Assembly: GCA_050290185.1 (NCBI GenBank)
Contig: JBNKHE010000001.1
Span: 450,713 to 514,712, forward strand
DNA length: 64,000 bases
Direction of reading: 5' to 3'
From: Pontiella sp.
GTDB lineage: Bacteria > Verrucomicrobiota > Kiritimatiellia > Kiritimatiellales > Pontiellaceae
Below the pieces are notes generated by a model. It had not been told where the DNA came from and ran no database searches. It was given only the letters and a program-made list of their open reading frames with translations. A program made the position numbers and the translations under genes. How positions within the stretch are numbered: position 1 is the stretch's first letter; each line of letters starts with the position of its first letter. This document shows, piece by piece, positions 1-8,257 of this stretch.

Positions 1-2
1 TC

Positions 3-308
3 GTCCGCCCTGAAAAGGCCGACGCTGTTATGAAATCCCTCCTCGAAGCGGGTTACCCCGCTATCACGAAGGTGCCCGTCTTCGGACGCGGCAAGCAACG
101 CGGCCTGAAGGTCGGCGAAGTCACCTACGACGAGCTGCCCAAGGAAATGCTGATGACCGTTATCCCGACAGCCGACAAAGAATTTGTCGTCAAGACGGTG
201 CTGGGCACTGCCAAGACCAGCGAAACCGGCAACTTCGGCGACGGCAAGATCTTTATCTCTCCCGTCGACGAGGTCTACACAATCAGCTCCGGCATTAAGG
301 AAGACTAA
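3..308 (+). CDS. nifI1: P-II family nitrogenase regulator NifI1 (5' end outside window)
   Basis: Frame open from window edge: VRPEK...FGRGKQRG...YDELPK...GDGKIF P-II motifs; directly upstream of a second P-II gene and nifD. Confidence 0.9.
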   Translation, partial: VRPEKADAVMKSLLEAGYPAITKVPVFGRGKQRGLKVGEVTYDELPKEMLMTVIPTADKEFVVKTVLGTAKTSETGNFGDGKIFISPVDEVYTISSGIKED

Positions 309-310
309 CC

Positions 311-406
311 TATTGGCGATTGATGATTGATGATTGTCGATTGAATGGCCCGCGGATGAAACCCAGCCAACAAATCGGTAATCGGAAATCTAAAATCGGC
401 AATTCA
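311..406. repeat. Inverted pair of heptamer tandem arrays (GATTGNN at 311-345; NAATCGG-like at 372-406)
   Basis: tattggc gattgat gattgat gattgtc gattgaa ... aaatcgg taatcgg aaatcta aaatcgg caattca. Confidence 0.7.
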
Positions 407-422
407 TCCCAAGGGAAGAATC

Positions 423-833
423 ATGAAAGAAGTAATGGCCGTAATACGGATGAACAAGATCAACGACACCAAGAGGGCGTTGAATGAAGCGGGCATCAGC
501 TCCTTCACGGCGACCGGGCGTGTCCAGGGTCGCGGGAAAGGGTTGGTGGACTACCGGATTCTTCACGGTGCCGAAGAAGGGGCGCCCGAAGCGATCGAGC
601 AGTTGGGCGAAGGTCCGCGCCTCGTTCCCAAGCGTCTGATCACCGTCGTGGTGTCAGACGACTGGGTCGAGAAGACCGTCGACACCATCATCAAGACCAA
701 CCAGACCGGCAGCTCGGGCGATGGAAAGATTTTCGTCCTGCCGATTATGGAAGCAACCCGCGTTAGAACAGGCGAAACCGTCGAAGGCCCCTCCGGCGGA
801 ACCGTCCTAGACTCCTCAGGAGGTTTAGTATGA
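423..833 (+). CDS. nifI2: P-II family nitrogenase regulator NifI2
   Basis: MKEVMAVIRMNKINDTK, GRGKG, PRLVPKR, GDGKIFVLP; overlaps the nifD start (ATGA). Confidence 0.92.
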   Translation: MKEVMAVIRMNKINDTKRALNEAGISSFTATGRVQGRGKGLVDYRILHGAEEGAPEAIEQLGEGPRLVPKRLITVVVSDDWVEKTVDTIIKTNQTGSSGDGKIFVLPIMEATRVRTGETVEGPSGGTVLDSSGGLV

Positions 834-2470
834 GCGAAGAAAGAAAACTGCCGGATCCTTCTGCACTGAAGGAAGAAATCCTTGCCAAGTATCCGCCGAA
901 GATTGCGCGCAAACGTGCGAAATCGATGGTGATCAACGACACCAAGCTGGATCAGGAAATCCAGTCCAACGTCCGCACGATTCCGGGCATCATCACTCAG
1001 CGCGGCTGCACCTACGCCGGCTGCAAAGGGGTGGTACTCGGTCCGACGCGCGACATTATCAACCTCGTGCACGGACCGATCGGTTGCAGCTTTTATGCCT
1101 GGCTGACGCGCCGCAACCAGACCGATCCCGGTCCGGATGGGCCCGATGGCGAAAACTTCATCAACTACTGCTTCTCCACCGACATGCAGGACGACAACAT
1201 CGTTTTCGGCGGCGAGAAGAAGCTGAAGGAAGCAATCCAGGAAGCGTACGACATCTTCAAACCCAAGGCCATCGGCGTGTTCTCCACCTGCCCCGTCGGC
1301 CTGATCGGTGACGATGTGCATGCGGTCTCCCGCGAGATGAAGGAAAAACTTGGCGACTGCAACGTGTTTGGCTTCAGCTGCGAAGGCTACAAGGGTGTTT
1401 CGCAGTCCGCCGGACATCACATCGCGAACAACCAGTTGTTCAAGCATGTGGTGGGTCTGGACGACACCAAACCGGAAGGCAAGTTCAACATCAACCTGCT
1501 GGGCGAATACAACATTGGCGGCGACGGCTTCGAGATCGACCGCATCTTCAAGGCCTGCGGCATCAACGTGGTCTGCACCTTCTCGGGCAACTCCACCATG
1601 GGCGCGTTCGAACAGTCGCACATGGCCGACCTGAATCTGGTGATGTGCCATCGTTCGATCAACTACATGGCCGAGATGCTCGAAACCAAGTTCGGCATTC
1701 CGTGGATGAAGGTCAACTTCATCGGTGGAGAGTCGACGGCCAAGGCATTGCGCAAGATTGGCGAATATTTCGAGGACGAAGAGCTGAAGGCAAAAATCGA
1801 GGAGGTGATTGCCGCCGAGCTGCCTGCCGTCAAGAAACGTGCAGAGGAAGCACGCAAGCGCACGGCCGGCAAGCTGGCCATGCTCTTCGTGGGTGGCTCC
1901 CGGGCGCATCATTACCAGGAACTCTTCAAGGAATTGGACATGGAAACCGTGTCCGCCGGCTATGAGTTCGGTCATCGCGATGACTACGAAGGCCGCAAAG
2001 TGCTGCCGACGATCAAGGTCGATGCCGACAGCCGGAACATCGAGGAGCTCAAGGTTGTTGCCGATCCCGAACGCTTCAACCCGCGTGCGTCCGACATCAA
2101 ACTCGAAACGCTGCAGGCCAAAGGACTCGAGGTCAGCGACTACAAGGGAATGAAGACCGACATGGCCGACAACTCCCTGATCGTCGACGACATCACACAC
2201 TGGGAAACCGAGAAGCTGGTCGAGTTCTACAAGCCCGACATCTTCTGCGCCGGCATCAAGGAAAAGTATGTGGTCCAGAAGTCCGGCATCCCGTTGAAGC
2301 AGCTGCACTCGTACGACTACGGCGGACCGTACGCCGGGTTCGTGGGTGCGATCAACTTCTACACCGACATCGAGACCATGCTCAGCACCTCGATCTGGAA
2401 GAAGCTGAAAGCTCCGTGGCTGAACAAAACGGATATGGATCCCTGCATCTGCGCGGAATATGTAGCCTAG
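830..2470 (+). CDS. nifD: Nitrogenase MoFe protein alpha chain
   Basis: P-cluster Cys motifs RGCTYAGCKG, GPIGCSFY, TCPVGLIGDD; FeMo-co ligands MCHRSINY and QLHSYDY; group II-type insertion. Confidence 0.97.
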   Translation: MSEERKLPDPSALKEEILAKYPPKIARKRAKSMVINDTKLDQEIQSNVRTIPGIITQRGCTYAGCKGVVLGPTRDIINLVHGPIGCSFYAWLTRRNQTDPGPDGPDGENFINYCFSTDMQDDNIVFGGEKKLKEAIQEAYDIFKPKAIGVFSTCPVGLIGDDVHAVSREMKEKLGDCNVFGFSCEGYKGVSQSAGHHIANNQLFKHVVGLDDTKPEGKFNINLLGEYNIGGDGFEIDRIFKACGINVVCTFSGNSTMGAFEQSHMADLNLVMCHRSINYMAEMLETKFGIPWMKVNFIGGESTAKALRKIGEYFEDEELKAKIEEVIAAELPAVKKRAEEARKRTAGKLAMLFVGGSRAHHYQELFKELDMETVSAGYEFGHRDDYEGRKVLPTIKVDADSRNIEELKVVADPERFNPRASDIKLETLQAKGLEVSDYKGMKTDMADNSLIVDDITHWETEKLVEFYKPDIFCAGIKEKYVVQKSGIPLKQLHSYDYGGPYAGFVGAINFYTDIETMLSTSIWKKLKAPWLNKTDMDPCICAEYVA

Positions 2471-2485
2471 TAAAGGAGAAGAAAA

Positions 2486-3868
2486 ATGCTCTTAAGACAT
2501 ACACCAAAAGAAATCAAGGAACGCAAGGCGTTAACCATCAACCCGGCGAAAACCTGCCAGCCGGTCGGTGCCATGTATGCCGCTCTCGGCGTGCACGGCT
2601 GCCTGCCGCACTCGCACGGATCACAGGGTTGCTGCTCCTATCACCGCAGTGTGCTGACCCGCCACTACAAGGATCCGATCATGGCCGGCACCAGCTCCTT
2701 CACGGAAGGTTCTTCGGTCTTCGGCGGACAAGCCAACCTGTTGCAGGCCATTGCCAACATGTTCACGATCTATGATCCGGACCTGATCGCAATCCACTCC
2801 ACCTGCCTGTCGGAAACCATTGGTGACGATCTTAACCAGATCGCGCAGAAGGCGGTCGACGACGGTAAGGTGCCGGAAGGTAAGAAGATCATCTTCTGCA
2901 ATACGCCGAGCTATGTCGGGTCGCACGTCACCGGCTTCGCCAACATGTGCACCGGCATCGTGAAGGGCCTGGCGGAACATACCGGCGTCGCAAAGGATCA
3001 GGTCAATATCCTGCCCGGCTGGGTTGAACCGTCCGACATGCGTGAAATCAAGCGCATCGCCGCCGAAATGGCAGCCAGCATCGTCCTGTTCCCCGACACC
3101 TCCGACGTGGTTGACACGCCGCAGACCGGCGAGTTCAAGATGTATCCCGATGGCGGTGCCACCGTGGAGCAGATCGCCTCGTCCGGCGACAGCATCAAGA
3201 CGCTGGCACTCGGATCTTGGGCTTCTGAAGATGCGGCCAAGCTGCTCGACAGCAAGTTCAAGGTGCCCTACGAAGTGCTCGATCTTCCGATCGGCCTCTC
3301 CGCCACCGACCGATTCGTCGAAGCATTAAGCAATGCGGCAAAGGTTCCGGTTCCGGCATCGTTCATTGCCGAACGCGGCCGCCTGGTGGATGTGATCGCC
3401 GACATGTCGCAGTATCTCTACGGCAAGAAAGTCGCGCTTTACGGCGACCCCGACCAGCTCATCCCGCTGACCGAGTTCCTGCTCGACCTCGACATGATCC
3501 CGACGCACATCGTATCCGGCACGCCCGGTAAAAAGTTCACGGCGAAGATCAAGGAGCTGTGCGCCGAAAAGGCGCCGAACGTCAACGTGAAGAACGGCCC
3601 GCAGGCCGATATCTTCCAGCTGCACCAGTGGATGAAGAATGAGCCGGTCGACCTGCTCATCGGAAACACCTATGGCAAATACATCTCGCGCGACGAAGAC
3701 GTACCGTTTGTCCGGTACGGCTTCCCGATTCTTGATCGTATCGGCCACAGCTACTTCCCGTCCGTCGGTTATACCGGCGGCATCCGTCTGCTCGAAAAAA
3801 TCCTCGGCGCCATCATGGACAAGATTGACCGCGATGCCGACGAAACCAAGTTCGAGCTCGTGATGTAG
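2486..3868 (+). CDS. nifK: Nitrogenase MoFe protein beta chain
   Basis: INPAKTCQP, HGSQGCCSY, TCLSETIGDD, GFPILDR; short group II-type N-terminus. Confidence 0.97.
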   Translation: MLLRHTPKEIKERKALTINPAKTCQPVGAMYAALGVHGCLPHSHGSQGCCSYHRSVLTRHYKDPIMAGTSSFTEGSSVFGGQANLLQAIANMFTIYDPDLIAIHSTCLSETIGDDLNQIAQKAVDDGKVPEGKKIIFCNTPSYVGSHVTGFANMCTGIVKGLAEHTGVAKDQVNILPGWVEPSDMREIKRIAAEMAASIVLFPDTSDVVDTPQTGEFKMYPDGGATVEQIASSGDSIKTLALGSWASEDAAKLLDSKFKVPYEVLDLPIGLSATDRFVEALSNAAKVPVPASFIAERGRLVDVIADMSQYLYGKKVALYGDPDQLIPLTEFLLDLDMIPTHIVSGTPGKKFTAKIKELCAEKAPNVNVKNGPQADIFQLHQWMKNEPVDLLIGNTYGKYISRDEDVPFVRYGFPILDRIGHSYFPSVGYTGGIRLLEKILGAIMDKIDRDADETKFELVM

Positions 3869-3873
3869 TACTC

Positions 3874-3906
3874 TTCATCCCCGCCTGTTCCGGAGGCGGG
3901 GATGAA
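3874..3906 (+). terminator. 13-bp perfect hairpin after nifK (terminator or mRNA stabiliser)
   Basis: ttcatccccgcct-gttccgg-aggcggggatgaa. Confidence 0.65.
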
Positions 3907-3913
3907 TCACTTT

Positions 3914-4004
3914 GGAACCGGAGTGCGGGAAATAGGGCATCACCTCATAACAGAAATCTCTCTCCTCCTCTGTTTGCACGCCCGCGCTCCGGTTTCATTT
4001 TTTT
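3914..4004 (+). terminator. Long stem with large structured loop followed by a T-tract
   Basis: ggaaccggagtgcggg (3914-3929) pairs with cccgcgctccggtttc (3981-3996), then attttttt. Confidence 0.55.
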
Positions 4005-4057
4005 GTGGAGGGATAGCGTCCTCGCTGTCCGTGGACGACGGGGACGGCGTCCCTCCA
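4005..4057. repeat. REP-like inverted doublet (GTGG-headed)
   Basis: gtggagggatagcgtcctcgctgtcc / ggacgacggggacggcgtccctcca: two imperfect copies head-to-head. Confidence 0.6.
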
Positions 4058-4104
4058 GGAAAAAAGCAACACCACGTATGAAAACAATAAATTAGGAGCC
4101 AACC

Positions 4105-4506
4105 ATGACCGCATCATCCGGCACCAACTACACCGCCTTCATGAACGAAGGCGATAAATATCTCAAGACCGCGCGCGGCGGCGTCAACCGTCCGACTGTC
4201 TTTACCTCCGAAATCCTCTACAACATCATTGGCCTCGCCATCGAAAAACACGTCATGGGCGCACTCATGGCCAAAGGAAAACTGGCCGACAACCACACCT
4301 TCACCGATCTCATCGACGCCGCGAACCAGGTTGGAGGAATCGATGATTCCATCGCCGTCCAGCTGCGCAAGTTCGAATCCTACCAGAACATCTGCCCCGT
4401 CTTCGCCGGCTACCACCGCACCGAACCGCCTGCCGACGCCATTCCCGAAATGATTGAAACCGCCGAGGCCGTCCAATCCTGGGCCGAAAAAATAATCGCC
4501 GCGTAA
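4105..4506 (+). CDS. Hypothetical protein with HEPN-like helical signature
   Basis: SD aggag, host-like codon usage; LAIEKHVMGAL...NHTFTDL resembles the HEPN AxEKxLKA...H(D)L pattern. Confidence 0.75.
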   Translation: MTASSGTNYTAFMNEGDKYLKTARGGVNRPTVFTSEILYNIIGLAIEKHVMGALMAKGKLADNHTFTDLIDAANQVGGIDDSIAVQLRKFESYQNICPVFAGYHRTEPPADAIPEMIETAEAVQSWAEKIIAA

Positions 4507-4518
4507 AATGAAATCCAA

Positions 4519-4577
4519 TTCACCACTCGCTTCGCTAGAGAGCACAGAGGGTGTTCCTCGGTGTCCTCTGTGGTGAA
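4519..4577. repeat. Bulged palindromic repeat, family A copy 1
   Basis: ttcaccac[tcgcttcgct]agagagcacagagg..cctcggtgtcctctgtggtgaa. Confidence 0.7.
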
Positions 4578-4632
4578 AATGAATTTCTGAGCACTTTGCG
4601 TATTTTGTGGTTATCAAATTAATGGAGAAGAA

Positions 4633-4932
4633 ATGTCAGAAGCAAAACCACTCGGAAAAATAACCGCCATCCTGGCCGACCTCGGCCTCGAAGTCACCTA
4701 CGCCTACGACGACCTCGTCTTCGTCCAGCATAGCGCCTTCCTGCTGCAATTTACCGACAAGCCGAATACACTCAAACTCTTCACCAACTCGGAGTGCGAG
4801 CCCCAGGAAGCCAACGCCGTCGCCTCCAACATCGTCCTCTCATTCCACGAGGGCGGTTTCGTCGCCACCCCCTCCGGTAAGTACACCCTCTCTCAAACCG
4901 AAAATGAAACCCTCCAGCTCGAGTTCGCATAG
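4633..4932 (+). CDS. Hypothetical protein (YAYDDLVF motif)
   Basis: SD ggag, host-like codon usage, 99 aa. Confidence 0.75.
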   Translation: MSEAKPLGKITAILADLGLEVTYAYDDLVFVQHSAFLLQFTDKPNTLKLFTNSECEPQEANAVASNIVLSFHEGGFVATPSGKYTLSQTENETLQLEFA

Positions 4933-5037
4933 ACAATCCAGCAATTGACTGGTGCAAATCCGTTTGATCAGTTTGATCCGACGGATTTTTTGCATTCAGG
5001 TTCAACTGCTACATTTCTTTCCTCCTCATTCTTCAGT

Positions 5038-5132
5038 GGAAATAAACGTCGGAATTCCGCGCAAGTGCTTGTTCTTAGATGGGTTGTAGCCCCCCCCGCC
5101 CTTCCGCCAAACCGCTACCGACAATTATTTCC
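5038..5132. promoter_or_regulatory. Candidate upstream activator sites: inverted pair CCGACnnTTATTTCC
   Basis: ggaaataaacgtcgg (5038-5052) and ccgacaattatttcc (5118-5132) match 13/15 as inverted copies, about 105-200 bp upstream of a sigma54 promoter. Confidence 0.5.
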
Positions 5133-5236
5133 GAACAAACCCCTGCTATCACGACTCACACTTCACGGCTTACGCCATCCCTTAGCACCTAACAATACGA
5201 TACTTAGAACTCCATTGCTCCTGCACGGCGCGGCAC

Positions 5237-5252
5237 TGGCACACCTGTTGCA
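5237..5252 (+). promoter_or_regulatory. sigma54 (-24/-12) promoter of the nifENB operon
   Basis: TGGCAC-acctg-TTGCA, perfect consensus, 30 nt before the nifE ATG. Confidence 0.9.
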
Positions 5253-5282
5253 ATAGGGGTTTGCATTAATTGGGATACCAAA

Positions 5283-6644
5283 ATGGCAAACGAAACGATC
5301 AACCTACTTGAAAAGCGCAAACGCCAGGTCCACGAGGGCGGCGAGTTTGCGATGGAGGCGGAGAAGCAGAGCCTCGCCGGATCGGTTAGCCAGCGTTCGT
5401 GCAGCTTCTGTGGATCGCGCGTCGTGCTCTACCCGATCGCCGATGCAATCCATCTGGTCCACGGCCCGATCGGTTGCGCCTCCTACACCTGGGACATCCG
5501 CGGATCGCTCTCCTCCGGACCCGAGCTGCACCGCCTGAGCTTCTCGACCGACATGATCGAGAAGGACGTCATCTACGGCGGCGAAAGCAAACTCTACCAC
5601 GCGCTGATCGAACTGATCGACGAGTACAAGCCGAAGGCCGCCTTCATCTACTCCACCTGCATCGTCGGCGTGATCGGCGACGACGTGGTGGCCATTTGCA
5701 AGAAGGTCGAAAAAGAAAAAGGTATCCCGGTCATCGCGGTCGATTCCGAAGGCTTCAAGGGCTCGAAGAAGGAAGGCTACAAGGCCGCCTGCGACGCCCT
5801 CTTCAGCATGGTCGGAAAGGACGACGTGAAGGAGAAAGTGCCGAACTCGATCAACATCCTGGGCGACTTCAACCTGGCCGGCGAGCTCTGGATCATCAAG
5901 GACTACTACGAACGCATGGGCGTGAGCGTCGTCTGCTCCGTTTCGGGCGACGGCCGCGTGGACGACATCCGCAAGGCGCACCGCGCCCAGCTCAACATTG
6001 TCCAGTGCTCCGGCTCGGTCAGCAACCTGGCCAAGATGCTGGAGCACGAATACGGCACGCCGATGATGCGCGCCTCCTACTTCGGCATCGAGGACATGTC
6101 GAAAGCCCTTTACGATGTCGCCGACTTTTTCGACGACGACGAAATGCGCGCCGCGGCGCAGCGCGTGATCAAGGAAGAAGTAGCCAAGCTAATGCCTCTG
6201 CTGGCGCCCTACCGGAAGGATCTGAAAGGGAAAAAGGCCGCGGTGTATACCGGCGGCGCCTTCAAGGTCTTTTCACTGGTCCGCTCGCTGCGCACGCTCG
6301 GCATGAGCGTGGTGGTGGCCGGATCACAGACCGGGTCGGTGGACGACTACAAGTTGCTCACCGAACTCTGCGATCCGGGCACCGTCATCATCGACGACAC
6401 CAATCCGCTCGAACTCGCCAAGTTCATCAAGGAAAAGGACGTCGACCTCTTCATCGGCGGCGTCAAGGAACGCCCGATCGCCTTCAAGCTGGGCGTCGGC
6501 TTCTGCGACCACAACCACGAACGCAAGGAAGCGCTGGCCGGCTTCATCGGCATGCTCAACTTTGCAAAGGAAGTCCACGCGTCGGTCATGAGCCCGGTCT
6601 GGCAGTTCGCGCCGCGTCGCGAGCGGAAAGGAATGAAGTCATGA
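5283..6644 (+). CDS. nifE: FeMo-cofactor scaffold subunit NifE
   Basis: AGSVSQRSCSFCGSR, HGPIGCASY, TCIVGVIGDD, VQCSGS, GGVKERP. Confidence 0.96.
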   Translation: MANETINLLEKRKRQVHEGGEFAMEAEKQSLAGSVSQRSCSFCGSRVVLYPIADAIHLVHGPIGCASYTWDIRGSLSSGPELHRLSFSTDMIEKDVIYGGESKLYHALIELIDEYKPKAAFIYSTCIVGVIGDDVVAICKKVEKEKGIPVIAVDSEGFKGSKKEGYKAACDALFSMVGKDDVKEKVPNSINILGDFNLAGELWIIKDYYERMGVSVVCSVSGDGRVDDIRKAHRAQLNIVQCSGSVSNLAKMLEHEYGTPMMRASYFGIEDMSKALYDVADFFDDDEMRAAAQRVIKEEVAKLMPLLAPYRKDLKGKKAAVYTGGAFKVFSLVRSLRTLGMSVVVAGSQTGSVDDYKLLTELCDPGTVIIDDTNPLELAKFIKEKDVDLFIGGVKERPIAFKLGVGFCDHNHERKEALAGFIGMLNFAKEVHASVMSPVWQFAPRRERKGMKS

Positions 6645-8185
6645 GCTCCTGCAATTGCGGAAACACCTGCGGTCCCGCCAGTGGCTGCACGGACGTCGAC
6701 AAGGCCAAATGCGGCTGTGAAAGCCCATCGGCGACTGAGATCCACAAATCGGCAATCGGCACGCGAAGCGAGGCTGGAGCCTGCGACAGCAACGAAACGA
6801 AGTGTAGTGGCCATCCAAAATCGGCAATGCCTTTGACCGGAAAACACTTCACTGCCACCCGCAACGCCTGCAAGCTTTGCGCCCCGCTCGGAGCCAGCCT
6901 TGCGTTCCGTGGAATCGAAGGCTGCCTCCCTTTCCTCCACGGTTCGCAGGGGTGCGCCACCTACATCCGCCGCTACCTCATCAGCCACTACCGCGAGCCG
7001 ATGGATATCGCCTCGTCGAGCTTCGGCGAAGACAGCGTGGTCTTCGGCGGGCGGCGCAACCTCTTCGACGGACTCAAGCACGTGATCGAAGGCTACAACC
7101 CGAAGGTCATCGGCATCGCCACCACCTGTCTGGCGGAAACCATCGGCGACGACGTACACATGTACGTGAAGGAATTCATCTCCGAAAACCGCAAGACCAT
7201 GGCCCTGCCCTACCTCCTTCACGTTTCGACCCCGAGCTATTCGGGCAGCCACGCCGACGGATACCAGTGGGCCGTGCGCGCCATCGTCGACCAGCTGGCC
7301 GTCGACGGTCCCAACGAAAAATTCATCGGCGTGCTGCCCGGCATGGTATCGCCCGCCGACCTGCGCCACCTGCGCGAAGTCATGACCGACTTCGGCATGC
7401 CGTTCTCCATCGTCCCCGACTATTCCGACCCGCTCGACGGCCCCGTTTGGGACGACTACCACCGCATCCCGTTCGGCGGCACGCCGGTTAGCGAAATCAG
7501 CAAGCTCGGCCGCGCCGCCGCCGTCATCGAACTGGCCTCGACCATCTTGGAAAAACAGTCCGCCGCCACGTTGCTCGACCAGCGTTTCTCCACCGCCGTC
7601 TTCCGCGTCGGCCTGCCGATCGGCATCCGCCAGTCGGACGCCTTCTTCAAGGTACTCGAACAGATCACCGGACGTCCGACCCCCGAAAAGCACGCCGCCG
7701 AGCGCGGCCGCCTGATCGACGCCTACGTCGACGGCCACAAATACACCTTCGGCAAGAAGGTGGTGATCTTCGGCGAAGAGGATTTCGTGGTCGGCATGGC
7801 CGCCTTCGCCGCCGAAATCGGGCTCAAGCCCGTGCTGTGCGCTTCCGGCGGCAAGAGCGGCAAGCTCAAGGAATGCGTCCTGGCCGCCGCGCCGGAAATC
7901 GATCCGGAAACCCCCATTCTCGAAGATGTTGATTTCGCCGAAATCGGCGAAGCCGTAAAGCAATTGCATCCCGATCTCCTCATCGGGAACAGCAAGGGCT
8001 TCTCCCTCAGCCGCGCCGCCGGCACCCCGCTGATCCGGGTCGGGTTCCCCATCCATGACCGGATCAGCGGGTCTCGCTCCCTCCATCTGGGATACCGCGG
8101 CGCGCAACGGCTTTTCGACACGATTGTGGACAAGCTTATGGAAATCAAACAGGACAGCAACGACATCGGATACACGTATATTTGA
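6641..8185 (+). CDS. nifN: FeMo-cofactor scaffold subunit NifN with Cys-rich N-terminal extension
   Basis: NACKLCAPLGA, HGSQGCATY, TTCLAETIGDD, GFPIHDR; ATGA overlap with the nifE stop and SD aagga; the 928-aa ORF call is over-extended. Confidence 0.92.
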   Translation: MSSCNCGNTCGPASGCTDVDKAKCGCESPSATEIHKSAIGTRSEAGACDSNETKCSGHPKSAMPLTGKHFTATRNACKLCAPLGASLAFRGIEGCLPFLHGSQGCATYIRRYLISHYREPMDIASSSFGEDSVVFGGRRNLFDGLKHVIEGYNPKVIGIATTCLAETIGDDVHMYVKEFISENRKTMALPYLLHVSTPSYSGSHADGYQWAVRAIVDQLAVDGPNEKFIGVLPGMVSPADLRHLREVMTDFGMPFSIVPDYSDPLDGPVWDDYHRIPFGGTPVSEISKLGRAAAVIELASTILEKQSAATLLDQRFSTAVFRVGLPIGIRQSDAFFKVLEQITGRPTPEKHAAERGRLIDAYVDGHKYTFGKKVVIFGEEDFVVGMAAFAAEIGLKPVLCASGGKSGKLKECVLAAAPEIDPETPILEDVDFAEIGEAVKQLHPDLLIGNSKGFSLSRAAGTPLIRVGFPIHDRISGSRSLHLGYRGAQRLFDTIVDKLMEIKQDSNDIGYTYI

Positions 8186-8257
8186 CGAGTGAAACGTGAG
8201 GCGTGATTTCCCTTCACGACTCAATCGGCACTCATCACGAAACAACGGAGAAAAACA

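Noticed and set aside
563..2308. Long antisense ORFs (also 6347-8245, 27166-28449, 34032-35273, 54385-55992, 59529-60848)
   Set aside because: Mirror frames of strongly codon-biased GC-rich genes, with no recognisable motifs
830..3868. Alternative (V or Fe-only) nitrogenase
   Set aside because: No vnfG/anfG between D and K; ligand contexts and nifEN fit the Mo enzyme
5061..5075. IHF site upstream of the nifE promoter
   Set aside because: Only a partial match to WATCAANNNNTTR; too weak to call
4945..5256. 103-aa ORF upstream of nifE
   Set aside because: TTG start, atypical composition, overlaps the enhancer and sigma54 promoter region
5399..6640. 928-aa ORF suggesting a giant NifN or a NifE-NifN frameshift fusion
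   Set aside because: The N-terminal part is an Arg-rich off-frame shadow of nifE. The true start at 6641 has an SD and ATGA coupling, and I saw no canonical slippery heptamer in the nifE frame.
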